DNA of 64,000 nt from Octopus sinensis. Its lineage: Eukaryota. Positions 24,995 to 38,519 of the stretch are shown piece after piece. Below the pieces are notes generated by a model. The model was not told the origin of the DNA. It did no database searches and was given only the letters and a program-made list of their open reading frames with translations. The stretch is from contig NC_042998.1 in the NCBI RefSeq assembly GCF_006345805.1, forward strand, positions 170,066,001-170,130,000, read 5' to 3'. The number at the start of each line of letters is the position of its first letter. Within the stretch, counting starts at the first letter, position 1. The translations under genes were made by a program, and so were the position numbers.

Positions 24995-26380
24995 TAATAT
25001 TGACATATCTATCTGGAAATTATCTCTTATGGTTTTTGAATATAGTGTTATCATCGTCCATGATCAATTTAGAACTTGGGTCAACCAAACGTTCTCAGTG
25101 GGGGTCAACCTTCAAAACTTGATGACTATCCTCATAGTTGTCAGTTTCAGTCCTGTCTCCAGAGACTGGATCACCACAATGTACAGGAACATCTACTCAG
25201 TGGTTAGGGTGAACAACATTCTATTGGAACCATTCAGTATCATGTGCTCAGTTCTTCAGAGTTGTCCTCTCGTCTCTTCTGTATGTACTGACTCTTGAAT
25301 CACTAATGTGGAAACTAGAGATATTGAGGGCATCCCGCATAAAGTAGGATGCAGTAGGTCTGCATTGGCACTTGCGAATAATATAGTATTGGATATCAAG
25401 TACACTGACGTAATAGGTTTTGTTCTAAGAACAACTTAAACCATTCAAGTAAAAGTAGGCCTGTAGTTCAGTACCTGCAGATGCAAGATCCACACCAACC
25501 TACAGCATTGTAGGTTGCTTGATGTATGGACTGGCTAAATTGCTCAGTCTGATTTGGTCTAAATCTTCAATTGGAGAACTCTGATGAGATGATGAACAAA
25601 GTAATCAGTCTTACTCTGAAATGAAAGGTCAGGCAGAGTTGGCAAACACATATGTGTCTCCAACTATTGCCACCTGACTCCAACTATTGCCATCATGCCT
25701 TGTCCCTGATAACATCTGATCAGACTGGAGTGCTTTCCATTTTGTAAGGAAGGGAAATGTTTCACTGCTCAGGTGCTTCATTTGTTGACACCACTCACTG
25801 CATTGAGGACTGGGCATGTTATAGTTGATGATGCATGAATATGCACTGAGGTTGGGTTGTAACATCTCCAGTGACTTCTTGGCGGTTAGCAGCTTTGGTT
25901 ACTGTTTGTCAGATATGTTTTTCTACAGCTCATCTCTACAACAGAGCTGAAGTTGTGGGTCAAACAAACACCAAGACAGGATACCTGACATCAGGAATGT
26001 CATTAAGTGCTTACAGCCTTCTATCTGTCAGTAATGCAGGAGGTCGTGTGGATTGGTGGTAGTTAAAAGTGATGACATTCTCAACGAAACTCTGGACATT
26101 GATAAATCAACTGGCTAGTCTACTCCAGAGGACTTTTGGGCTAGGGCTCATAGATAATCTCCAAGAATCCCTGACCTGGTCATGCTATTGGGGAGGAGGA
26201 GGTATTGACCGGTCAAAATTAATTCTACTGGTATCGAAGTACCATTGTTTGGGCTTGTCCAAGATGTATGCAGAGTGACAGAACCATTTTATATGCTCTC
26301 GTCCACTGTCTGAACACCGTTAACCTGTGGGCTGTCAAACAGCTGCTGTTACTTGTTGGATGGATTCTGCTATGTAAAAA
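24995..26380 (+). mobile_element. L1/Tx1-clade LINE remnant (RT to zf-RVT)
   Basis: WITTMYRNIYSVVRVN..LLEPFSI..SV.QSCPL (QGCPLSP motif), then KGQAELANTY, LFHF..KGNV, GLGM, and a C-terminal CPRCMQSDRT..ALVHC zinc finger. Many stops and frameshifts. Confidence 0.8.
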
Positions 26381-26993
26381 GTAACTGTACAAATATAAAG
26401 AAGTCAGCTTAATGCTTTGGGATCTCTCATTAGAGTCCTCATATGATTGTCCCATTTATATCTTCAGACATAGCAAGAATTATATTTTAACAAAGGAAAA
26501 AGCTCTTTGCTCTGAGTTTAGTATAATTCGTCATCATTATCATACATCCCTATTCTATACTAGCATGGCTTGGATGATTCAACAGGATCCGACTAGCTGC
26601 CAGAGGGCTATGCTGGGCGTCAGTGACTACTTGGACATAGTTTTCATGTCTGGATCCCTTCTTAATGCCAACCACTTAACAGAATAGCAAATTCCAAGTG
26701 ATAATTAAGATTTGATTGATCTGATTCCCCAAAACTTATTCCATTGTCAGGTTGCCATCTCAGAGATGAACCTATTTTTTCTGGATGATAGGAAATACTC
26801 ATCAGAATTAACTGGAGCAGTTAGTTGATGAAAATGGTAAAAGGAATTGTAATTAGATTCTTATATATATAGGTCAAAACATGGATAAGGCTTCATTAAT
26901 GAAACCTCAAAACCAAAATTTGAAGGCTTTCCTTCTCAGTGATTTCTATGAAAGATAGTAGTGACATATTTTCCTGTTCTGTTTATTTCCCTT

Positions 26994-29900
26994 CATCATC
27001 ATCATCATCGTTTAACGTCCGTTCTCCATGCTAGCATGGGTTGGATGGTTCGACCGGGGATCTGGGAAGCCAGAAGGCTGCACCAGGCTCCAGTCTTATC
27101 TGGCAATGTTTCTACAGCTGGATGCCCTTCCTAACGCCAACCACTCCGTGAGTGTAGTGGATGCTTGTTACGTGCCACCTGCACAGGTGCCAGGCGAGGC
27201 TGGCATCGGCCACGGTTGGATTGGTGCATTTTACGTGCCACCGGCATGGAAGCAAGTCGAGGTGGCACTGGCTTCGGCCACGATTCCGATGGTGCTTTTT
27301 ACGTGCCACCGGCACGGAAGCCAGTTGAGGCGGCGCTGGCATCGGCCACGATTCGGATAGTGCTTTTTACGTACCACTAGTCCAGGGGTCCTGGCATCTG
27401 CCGGGTGCCAGTCATAGGATTGGTTCAATTTCGATTCCGATTTCGATTTCGATTTCACTTGCCCCAACAGGTCTTTGCAAGCAAAGGGGGGTTGGCATGG
27501 GTGCCTGTCGTCGGATGAGGTTCAATATCGACTTCGCTTGCCTCAACAGGTCTTTGTGTGTCCAAAGGAGGAAAGGCATGCATAAGTGGGCTGGACTCAC
27601 TTGTCCTGCCTGGTCTTCTCACGTACAGCATATTTGCAAAGGTCTCGGTCGCTGGTCATTTCCTCAGTGAGGCCTAAAGTTCGAAGGTCGTGCTTCACCA
27701 CCTTGTCCCAGGTTTTCCTGGGTCTACCTCTTCCACGGGTTCCCTCAACTGCTAGGGATTGGCACTTTTTCACACACCTATCTTCATCCATTCTCGCTAC
27801 ATGACCATACCAGCGCAAATGTCTCTCTTGCACACCACAACTGATGCTTCTTAGGTACAACATTTCTCTCAAGGTACTAACGCTCTGTCGAGTATGCACA
27901 CTGACATTACACATCCATCAGAGCATACTGGCTTCATTCCTCGCGAGCTTACGCATGCACTCAGCAGTCACGGCCCATGTTTCACTGCCATGTAGCATGG
28001 CTGTTCGTACACATGCATCATACAGTCTGCCTTTTACTCTGAGCGAGAGGCCTTTAGTCACCAGCAGAGGTAAGAGCTCCCTAAACTTTGCCCAGGCTAT
28101 TCTTACTCTAGCAGTTACACTTTCAACGCACCCACCCCCACTACTGACTTGGTCACCTAGATAACGGAAGCTATCAACTACTTCTAGTTTTTCCCCCTGG
28201 AGAGTAACAGAAGTTGTTTTCTGCAGATTTTCAGATTAAATGCTCCCGAGCATCTGCCACATACAAAAACTATCTTCTCAGTTAGCCTTCCTTTGACATT
28301 GCTGCATCTCTTATGTGTCCATAGCTTACACTGGGTACATCTTATAGAGTTTCTACCTACACCTTTTCTACAGATCAAGCAGGGCCATCTTCCTGAAGAC
28401 ATTTGTGGATTGTCTACCTTCCTACTTATTAGTACTTTGGTTTTAGCTAGGTTGATAGTGACTCAGCAATTAGAGCAAGGTCGTCAGCATAGAGGAGCTC
28501 CCAGGGGCAACCTGTCTTGTATTCCTCCGTAATTGCCTGGAGGATTATGATAAATAGGAGGGGGCTGAGTACTGAACTCTGGTGGACCCCAGCCTCTACT
28601 TTGAATTCTTCTGTGTACATGTTGCCAACCCTAACCTTACTTACGGCATCCCTGTACATGACTTGCACAGCCCTCACCAGCCATTCATCTATCCCTAGTT
28701 TCCTCATTGACCACCAGATAAGGGATCGGGGGACCCTGTCAAAGGCTTTCTCCATGTCAACGAAAGCCAGGTACAGGGGCTTATCTTTGGCTGGGTATTT
28801 CTCCTGCAGCTGTCTCACCAGAAATATGGCATCAGTGGTGCTTTTCCCTGGCATGAAACCAAACTGCATCTCGTCCAAGTTGACTCTCTCCCTAATCAGT
28901 TGGGCTATGACCCTCTCTGTAACCTTCATTACCTGATCCAACAGCTTGATACCTCTGTAATCTAGGGCGTCTCTTTTACCTTTGTAGCAGTTGACTAGTA
29001 TGCTGCTACACCAGTCATTGGGTATGACTCCTTCGTGTATCACCTGGTTGACTATACGGGTGACTAGGTTATAGCCGACACTGCCAGATATTTTGAGCAT
29101 CTCTGCAGTAATTCCCGATGGGCCTGGGGCTTTCCCTGTCTTCATGCTTCTAATTGCCTTAACTACCAAAGAATTGTCAACTCGGATGGCTGGTCCCTCT
29201 GTTGGGTTGACACTCGGCAGACTCTCTTTATCCCATTCATTTTCTTTATTCAGCAACCTTTCATAGTGGCATCTCCAAACCTCTCTCTTTGCATCCTCAT
29301 TTAGCGCAAGTGAACCATCATCCATGCAGACACATTTCTCTCCTACCACATCACGATTCTCTCTCACACACTGTCTTGCAACACGAAATACCTCAAGTCT
29401 TTCATCCTCACAGCGCAGAACATTGGCAAATTCTTTCTTATCCGCTTCCCCTCTGGCTAAATAAACCTGTCTCCTAGCTTCCCTTCTGGCTGTCTGATAC
29501 AATTCCCTGCTACCACCGTTCTTCCAGTCCCTCCAAGCCTGTTTCTTTTGTCTAATAGCCCTGTCAACCACATTGTTCCACCACCACGTTACTCTGGGTC
29601 GAGATGGGACTTTGCTCCATCCACAGATCTGGTCAGTGGCTGTCAGCAGATTGTCCCGTAGAAATCTCCAGTTGTCTTCCACATTAAGTGAAGCTATATC
29701 CCCTTCTATTTCGTCAAAGGCTTCGAATAGTATGTCTCTAAATCTCTGACCATTTGCAGGATCTTTGAGCTTCCAGACCCTTCTCCTCCAAGCTGGTCTT
29801 CTTCTGGGCAACCATTTAGCTCTGATCCTGAAGTCGCTAACTACTAATTTATGTTGAGGAGTACATTGGCATTTATAAGCAGCCCTCTTTCCCTCTTTCT

Positions 29901-30630
29901 GGCGAGGATGTAGTCGATCTGGCTAGTGTGTCTGCCAGAACGGTAGGTGACTAGGTGAAAGGTGGGTTTCCTGAAGTTGGTATTGCAAACCATAAGGTCA
30001 TTTGCATCGCAGAACTCCAGCAGCCTGGTTCCCTCCTCATTTCGAGAGCCAAAACCGTAGCCTCCATGAACGCCATGGAAGCCCCCGACATGCCGTCCAA
30101 CATGTCCATTGAAATCACCTGCCACAAAGAGGTCACTGTCATTTGTCAACGAGGTAGTCCGCAATAGGGTGTCTTAGAATTGGTCTTTCTGTCCTTCCGG
30201 TAGACCTGGTTGAGGGGCATATGCCGAGATGATGGTAGCTGATCTATGGTGAAGCACTAATCTAATCTTAAGTACTCTATCACTTACTCTGACTACCTCG
30301 ATTACCTTATCTACCCATTTCTCCGCAAGAAGTATACCCACGCCCCCGACCCCGTCAGTGTTCCCTGCCCAGAAAATCTTGTATCTGTGTTCCTTGCCTG
30401 TGAGGAGCCTAGCGGAACCTCCTCTCCACCTTACTTCCTGGATGCAGCATAAATTCACACGTCTCCGTTCAAGCAGCTCAAAAATCTCTCCAGACTTACC
30501 TTTCAATGTGCCAACATTTAGTGTGCCAACTCTGAGGGTGTGGGAGGTGTGGGCTTCTGAGACCCTGGGATGAGGGACAGCCGTGTCATGTACCTGAAAA
30601 GAAAGCTTGCATTTGGCAGATTTCATACTG
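26994..30630 (-). mobile_element. Near full-length RTE-clade LINE (AP endonuclease, RT, PHD-type finger), inactivated
   Basis: EN: LRVGTLNVGTL, CIQEVRW, AGDFNGHVG, SQIDYIL. RT: YRGIKLL, QFGFMPGKSTTDAIF, FVDMEKAFDRV, GVHQSSVLSPLLF, LLYADDL. C-terminus WYGHVARM, GRGRPRKTW. (CAT)n tail at 26994. Lesions: in-frame stop at 30174 and frameshifting deletions near 29860 and 28455. Confidence 0.95.
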
Positions 30631-30637
30631 AAACACT

Positions 30638-30909
30638 AGACTACAACCTGCATACATTTCACAGTTTTTGCACTATATGATCAAATAAACCCTACATAGG
30701 GGTGCGGTTGGGGGTATACGTGGGGGGGATAGTCAAGTAAGACAGAGGTAGAAACTTCCGATGTCGTTGGTGGAGGGGGTGAGACTACAACCTGCATACG
30801 TTTCACTGTTTTTGCGCTATATGATCAAATAAAACCGACATAGGGATGCGGGGGGGGGGATAGTCAAGTAAGACAGAGGTAGAAACTTCCGGTATTGGTG
30901 GAGGGGGTG
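30638..30909. repeat. Two tandem ~130-145 bp monomers directly 5' of the RTE ORF
   Basis: Units start agactacaacctgcatac at 30638 and 30782. Each contains gatagtcaagtaagacagaggtagaaacttccg. Confidence 0.9.
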
Positions 30910-31785
30910 GGAGGGCGGGCGCACCTCGAAGGAGCGGAGCAACGAGGTTGAAGATAATTCGTAGGGAATTTTCTGCAACAAAAATTACTGAAACATCTAG
31001 AAAGTTTGGGAATTGAGTAAAACATAATTTAAATAAATGAAAACCACAGTGCTAAGTCGAAAGAGAGAGACAGCAAGTCAGAGGGGTGGGGGTCAGAGCC
31101 TTAGAAGGAGCGAAGCCCTTGTGTGAAGATATTTCCTTTGAAACCTCACGTTTGGTTGTGCTTAAAATGACATGTTCTTTAAGAGTATGTTTGTAATTAG
31201 AAACTCTTCTTCAGCTACTCTTTTTTTTTTTTTTTGTCATGAAGACTTCTGTGAGGAATTATGGCAACAGTGGAATTTTTGTAATTGCAATTTCTTTCAA
31301 GTTAGGCCAACAGTTATTTGCATGTATCCATTGCCATAGAAGTTGAGAGAGATTAGTCAAAGGTTAACAGATTACCCATGCTATTCAGTAGAGTGGTAGA
31401 TAACAACAGATTTGCATTGATAACTGGAATATAATATTTTTTCATGGCAAGCACTAAGGCAGTTTAACTCGAGTTAACTTAGTTCAGAGTTGATAACAAA
31501 CAAGTATATTTAGTAACTCCTAATAAATTAAGGGGACATGGATAATGTAGTAGATATGGTAGCATCCAAAAGTTTGTTGATTCATATCCTATCACCAGCA
31601 TTGTTGGGTCAGGTCCATCCAGCTTAAAATGGTTATTACAGGCTAAGTAAACTTTATTACTCTCTGTATTGGGCAGTCTGTAAAGTTAACAAGTGGTTTG
31701 TTAGGTAACAGTGTTGAGCTCAACATTTTCTTCTAGATATGACAGCAGGAGGAATGGCCTCTACCTGGCTGATGTGATTTACATA

Positions 31786-32649
31786 TGAAGAGGTACCCAA
31801 AAGTAACCAGAAACATTCTCTGTGGGTCAAGCCCATTGTAGTTTGGGCTTCTGCTGCTAGAAGCCACTTGATGCAACCCTCAGGCATCAGTCTGCTGACT
31901 GGTGTCTTCCAATGGAGTTGTACTGTCAGGTAATGTGTCTTTGTTTTGCAGTGCTTCTCCTCTGTTCATTGATTTTTGTGATAGCAGAAATGAAGGAACA
32001 GTATGCCTCTGTGAAATTCTGTATTCTGCTGGGGAAAATGGCGGCCCAAACAGTTGTCATGCTTCAAACAGCTTACAAGGATGCTGCCATGAGCAAAACA
32101 CAGGTTAACGAGTGGTTTTCATGCTTTAGGAATGGTCACTTGTTCCTTGAAGACCAACCTTGTTCAGGGCAACTGCCAACCTCCCAAACGAATGAAAATT
32201 CATGAAGGACTGTCACTGAATAATTGACGATCTTGTTGATATGATTGGTGTGTCCTGGAGCTCCTGTGAACTAATTTTGAGCAAGGAATTGCAAATGAAA
32301 AGTATTGCAGCTTGCTTACAGAAGTTCAAAAGCAGTCATGACTGAATGCATGTCATGAACCGAAAGAACAGTTGGAAGTTGATCCAGACCTCTTTTTGAA
32401 GGTCATCACTGGTGATAAAGTTAGTGCTACAGAATTTGCAAATGTGGAAGGCGTGAAGAAAAAAATGACAGAGGCATTAAAATCATCACTTCCCAAGAGT
32501 TCCAGTACTGCTTTGAACAGTAGAAAACATGTCTGGATCGGTGCATTGCTTCAAATGGAGAATACTTTGAAGGCAATAAAAGTGTAAACATGTAAAGCTA
32601 AGAGAATTATATAATATTGCAAAATTCTTGTTTCTTTTGCATAGTCTTA
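31786..32649 (+). mobile_element. Internally deleted mariner transposon
   Basis: MKEQYASVKFCILLGKMAAQTVVMLQTAYKDAAMSKTQVNEWFSCFRNG (HTH), KVITGD, and the C-terminal CIASNGEYFEG. Decayed TIRs TGAAGAGGTACCCAAAAGTAACCAGAA / AAGACTATGCAAAAGAAACAAGAA. Confidence 0.8.
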
Positions 32650-35600
32650 TTTTTTCTATGATCATCTGGTTGAGGATACTTTCTACAACCTAGTAAATTT
32701 AGATAAGTAATATGATTTAAAAGTAGAATTTGGTCTAACTTTGCTTCTCTAAACTATTCTTTCATCATCATCGTTGTCGTTTAACAACCGATTTCCATGT
32801 TGGCATGGGTTGGCTGGTTTGACAGAGGGCTGGCGAGCCAGAAGGCTGCATCAGGCTCCAATCTGATCGATTTACTAATTTGCAAAAATCTCACTTGTAT
32901 ATTATTTATCACATAAGTGTGGTCAGGTCAACTGCTTGACTATTCTTTATCAGATGTCATCCCAAGTAGGTGCTTAACTTGTTGACTTTACAAGAGTGCC
33001 TCTCAAAGTTACTCCTATGGCAGGAGGAGCTCTGTATGCAAATTAGCCAAACACTCCTTATGCAGTGGTCCTACTAAGCTGTTCTCTTCCATGGAGAAGT
33101 CGCACATTGGCATGTATAAGTAATATATAAATATACGTACATATATATAAATACTTTGTCATAAATAAATTATGGAAACCTTTGGAATTATATTCAAATC
33201 TTTTTCTTTTCTGACTTGATTTCAATTTAATGACTGTGTTTCATACTTTAAGGTTCAGTTTTTATTGACAGTTTTTATTGTCAATTTATTAATCAATATT
33301 TGACGTTATGTAGGATTAAGAATTTTGCTGAAATGTTAGCATATTGGTTTTAATGACCTCAAGTATTTAGCTTAATTCTTCTTTGCCCTGGATTTAGATC
33401 TTGCAGGAGTTAACATTATCTTTGCCCTTCCAAGATAGACAAAACAAGTACCAGTGAAATAACTACATTGATTCAGTTGTCTGTATCTTCTTCCCTACAA
33501 AAATAGCTCCTTTGCGCTGTCAAAAAGAATTATTTGGTGAAATGAGAAGGCCTCATTTTGATTTTGGCCAACATTGAATTTGATTGAGAAAATTTGTTAT
33601 GTGACTTTATTCTAGTTGTAAGTGGTATATACCTTCACTTATTGACTACCATGGGCAATAATAACGGAAACCTTTCAATGATTCATCAATAATGTTCTGC
33701 AAGGTTTGATTTTGCATATATTCTTGCATTTACCATCATCATCATTTAACATCTCTTTTTCCACACTGGCATAGGTTGGATATCTTGACAGGAACTAGCA
33801 AGGTCAGAGGCCACACCAGTTTCCATAGTCTGTTTTGGCTCGGTTTCTACAGCTGGATACCATTCCTAATGCTGACCTAGTCATGTGGTCTACTGAAAAG
33901 TAACATGTAGAACATCATTTACTTGTAGAAAGATCAACAGAATATATCATAGTAACCAATCAAGTGTCATTTTAGTACTTCCTCACTGATATTTCTGAGA
34001 CATACAGTGAACAAATTTGAAAGTCACTTACTCAACAAAAAAGGCAAAGCTATTCATGAGTTTCCAGTATGCACTTTACTTAGATTAAGAGAATGTGTTT
34101 GTCTTGTTAATTTTTATTGCTGATTTTTGTTTCATCATTATGCACAAATCACTTAATTGTTGACCATGAGAAAAGAAAATATCAACCTATTAATTAGGAT
34201 GACAATGGACTTAAGCTTTCCAAAAGATTAAATTAAAATTGGCCAGAACTACACTTCAAGTCCACATACCTTTGTATTCATTGATAGATGTGTTGAATGG
34301 GAGGAGTTCATCAAGAACTGATAGTTGGAAACTGATCACTATGTTCTTTCTTGTCCAAGCACCTACAATTATCTGAATTAAAAGATGGTACTTTTCAGTA
34401 AGAATTATTAGCATCTTATTTAGGCATAAAGCATATTCAGTAATTGTTGGAAGGCTTGAAGTATACAGACCATAAACCATCAACATTTGCCTTAAAGAAT
34501 ACATATAATCCACTACTGACACCAAATACATTAAAGGACGAGAAAATGCATCCACAGATGAACTTCATCATACCTGTATTAACATGCTACGCTCCTCTAC
34601 TATTAATTTTGAATAAATGGTAGCAGATTAGCAAAGTGTTAGTTATACTATAGAATTTGTCCTTTGTCTCTTCTTCAAATAGATAGATGTATTGTGATAT
34701 ATGTATATATATATACACACGTCTAATATAGGATAAAAGTTTTCGAAAAAAATTCTCTCAATGGCCAGCTTTTAGAAAAAATACCTTTAAAGGTTAAATT
34801 TATAAGTTGTATATATATATAGGTCATGGACAAGCTTCTGTATTATAAAAAACATTCACTTTTTAACTTATCCAGGTGCTATTACAATATTCAAATTAAT
34901 ATCATTATGATTTATTTGAAACAGTATCAGCAAAAACATTCAGTAATGGGCTGGAAACAATTACTTGACTAAAAGCCAAAGTATGTTGCTGTTTCAAATC
35001 ACCTTTGGGCACTTTCACAACACAAGACATAAGATTTGAGCATGTGCACATCAGTCATCTTGGACATCTACCTTTTTTGCTCAGTTGTGTTGACATGTAT
35101 AGCAGATGACCCAGTGCTATTCATTTAGTCAATATTGCAGTGGAATTTGAATGCCATAAAATTTATCTTCCACTACACTAGCTAGCATTGCAAGGAGCAC
35201 TAGTTCAAGTTTCACACAACCACTAGAGTGTACTTGAACTCGCACTATTACTTCTCATCCAGCAGTGAACAGTACATAGGAATATTTCCATCAAATCAAG
35301 GCTGCTCTTAAAGGCCAGCAGGTCCTCACCAGATTGTAGGAATATCTTCTCATTTTACTGAGAATATGTTCTTCTGTAAAAGAGGAATTGAGAGTGCACT
35401 GGTAAGAAGTACTGTATGGAACTTCTATCAAGATGTACCTACATGCTTTTCCTCAGTGACTGACTTGTCAAAATAAGTGCTCTGATTGCAGGAACACATA
35501 TTCCCTATTTCACTGTTTGTCACTTGACTACAACACCCTACAGTACATGCTCCAAACAATCTCTTGGATTGATCACATGTTTTCTTCTGATATTCCATAT

Positions 35601-37376
35601 CGGAACCGCTTCAAACATTCTACATGGGTCTGTTCAAAGTCTTATATCAAGCTCCCAAGTTGTTCAGTGTAAACAGTTATGGTTGAAGGGAGATTATCAA
35701 CACTGACTGACTGAAACAAGCTTATGTTGAGGTACAACCATTTTATTTGCTGTTTTTTCTATACCTTGTTCCTGTATCTCAACTATCTCTACACCAGGCA
35801 GTTCATCTTTTCCTTTGATAAAAAAAATTGAATAACACATTCATTGGCTTAGTACCATGACAGAAAGATCATTGCACTTGGTTTTACCAGTACTACAAGC
35901 AATCTAGCAAAGAACTACTGCAGTAAATTCTCCTGAATTTTGGGATAATGATACTAAAAAATAATAATAATAATTCAAATTATTCTGTTTAGTACATCAG
36001 ATGACTAAAAATTGTCGACCACTTTTCATGTATATTGCTTTTCACATGTGAGTGTAAGGGTTTTCTGATGCCTACCTAACCACATTTAAGCAGCTGCATT
36101 TTATTTTTGGCAAAGTTTAGTCACTTCTACATTCCTCACAAATCATTATCATCATTTTTACGTCTACTTTTTTCATATTAGCATTGGTTGGATGAGACTA
36201 CTTGAGGCAGTTTTCTTGTCAAATACCCTTTTTTGATGCAGACCCTTACTTCTTCATGTAAAATGCTTCTCTGATCTTTAGTCTAAGTAGCGGTAAGACA
36301 AAGACATATAGGGGACATATACACTGACATACACATACTCAGACATATGTACACACCATATAAACACACATATCCGCATATGCAGTTCCTGTCTATCAAC
36401 TAACACTCACAAGGCTATCATAGAAGACACCTAATGTTCTATGCAATGAAATTGAACCTAAAACCATGTGGCTATGAAGCAAGCTTCTTGTCTGCATGAC
36501 CATGCTTGTGCTTATCATATTTCAAATTTCTTTGGGAATTTTCTTTCTGCATAACATTTGCTCTGGCAAGCATGTCTTATTTCCAATGTGCACTGTCTTC
36601 CTTTGATATCACAACTGAACTTTAAGCATTCTTTGTTAAAAGTTTTTCTTGTTCAAATATTTCATACAATGTATATACCTGCAAACTTTGGTTACATATC
36701 TTTTCAATGGCATTCTCATTCTAATTTGTCATATACCAATATCATCATCATCGTTTAATGTCCGTTTTCCATGCTAGCATGGGTTGAACGGTCTGGGAAG
36801 CCAGGAGGCTGCACCAGGCTCCAATCTGATCTGGCAGTGTTTCTACAGCTGGATGCCCTTCCTAACGCCAGCCACTCCGTGAGTGTAGTGGGTGTTTTTT
36901 ATGTGCCAGGGTAGGCTGGCAACGGCCACAATCGGTTGGTGCATTTTACATGCCACTGGCAATATATATATAGATATATTTGCTGAATGCATTTTTTGTT
37001 GTGCTATACTTTGTAAATATGCACACTTCTTTTCATTTTGAAAGTTTGATATGTAGTTCAGCTTTTTTTTTTTGAAAAGGAGATATATTTATATACTGAC
37101 ATGCATTTCATATATGCTCATGTACAAATATGTATGCACATATGTGCATGCATGTGTATGATCCCCATATGCATAAATGTACATGTATTTTTATTCGCTG
37201 TGCATATGAACATGGACACGTACACTCATGCATACATACATACATATTATTTAAAACATTCTAATTCAGTTCCATGTGAGTTAGTTTCAACATGTAGCTG
37301 CATCAAATTGTTTTAAGTAATACATGTAACTCCTAAATGTGTTGCGTGCCTTTCTTTCATTCATTCACTCACTTGT

Positions 37377-37388
37377 ATGTGTGTGTGT

Positions 37389-37432
<44 letters not shown>
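37377..37432. repeat. (GT)n(AT)n microsatellite; similar runs at 47027-47085, 47962-47991, 51381-51412 and 59396-59447
   Basis: Directly visible. Confidence 0.95.
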
Positions 37433-37436
<4 letters not shown>

Positions 37437-37879
37437 ATACAAAATGGGACAAGAATGCAAAACATCCAGAAGACGATACAAAAAACATGGACGGATCATT
37501 TGAAGCCTTTAATCTTCAGTCAAGAACTGGATCATCCTCGCAATTTCAGCTGATTAATCTTGAGATTACTCCAATCTGGCCAGCCCCAAGGAAAAACTAA
37601 GCTAAGAGCATTAGATTATATATATGACAAAGGAAGAAAATTTATGTAATCAATTTCATTGGGTTACAGCTGTTTCTGTCATAACATGCATTGCAATCAA
37701 AGCTGAGTAAGCTAATCAAGTTGATTACTTAATTTCTGTTCACTTGTCATTTTCATATTTTCTGTACTCACCTAATGCCTTACTTCTAAAGCATATGTAT
37801 ATTGAATTCTAACACCAGGTTATTAGTATAGCTATGCCTAAACGAAATTTTTATGTATATATATATACACACATACCTA

Positions 37880-38519
37880 CATATGTGTCTGTATTTAAAA
37901 GATGAGGAATTATGTACATTATTTACATTTGACTGATATTTGTCCCCCTCTTGTTTGTTGTTAACACATTTCAGCCGATGTACCCTCCAGGCTTCGTCAG
38001 GTGTCTTGGGGAAATTTCGAACCTGGATTTCGATGTTGTTGTTGTTCAGGTCACTGCCTGGAATCGAACTCGGAATCTTGTGGTTAGTAGCCTGCACTCG
38101 TAACCACTATGCCCATGGGCAATTATGGAGGGATTTTTAGGGCTTATAAAACTAATATTTTCCTATCTTCCCTTAATACCGGTTCCCATATGCTATTCAT
38201 ATCTGCACTCAGTCTGCTTAAGAGGTTGTTGTGTCCTAGCATATGTGCTGCTGCTTTTAGTTTTCCAGTTGTGTTCTCTATTAACTTCATCTCACAAGGG
38301 GAGGTGGTCTCCATTTTTCCATACATGATCAGCTATACCCAATATATCAATATTTTCTCATGTCACAGCGTTGCGATGTTCCTCTACCCTTATTTTGAGG
38401 GGGTGGCATGTTTCACCTTTGTATAACCTACCACAGCTGCATTTGATGGAGTACATGCAGTTTTTGGTCATATTCTCTTCTGTTGGTGGTTTTACTCCAA
38501 GGAGATATTTGCGAATTGT
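37880..38519 (-). mobile_element. Inverted 3' fragment of the Penelope-like element (GIY-YIG end, tRNA-like segment, hammerhead)
   Basis: The reverse complement matches 39450-40025 collinearly. Confidence 0.9.
37963..38005 (-). ncRNA. Decayed minimal type I hammerhead ribozyme motif
   Basis: Minus strand reads GACAC-CUGACGA-AGCCUGGAGGGUACAUCGGCU-GAAA-U-GUGUU. Core CUGANGA and GAAA present; stem I GACAC/GUGUU; stem II AGCC/GGCU. Stem III and the NUH cleavage triplet are reduced to a single U. Confidence 0.65.

Noticed and set aside
27165-27375. CRISPR-like repeat/spacer appearance
   Set aside because: Eukaryotic LINE 3' UTR. The units are degenerate tandem repeats without unique spacers, and no cas genes are present.
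34256-35700. ORF 34256-34555 and the neighbouring coding-like minus-strand sequence
   Set aside because: No recognisable domain in any frame; probably a very old repeat, but unsupported.
37433-37620. Second hammerhead (CUGAAGA on the minus strand) in a microsatellite-flanked repeat
   Set aside because: No stem II or GAAA at a workable position.
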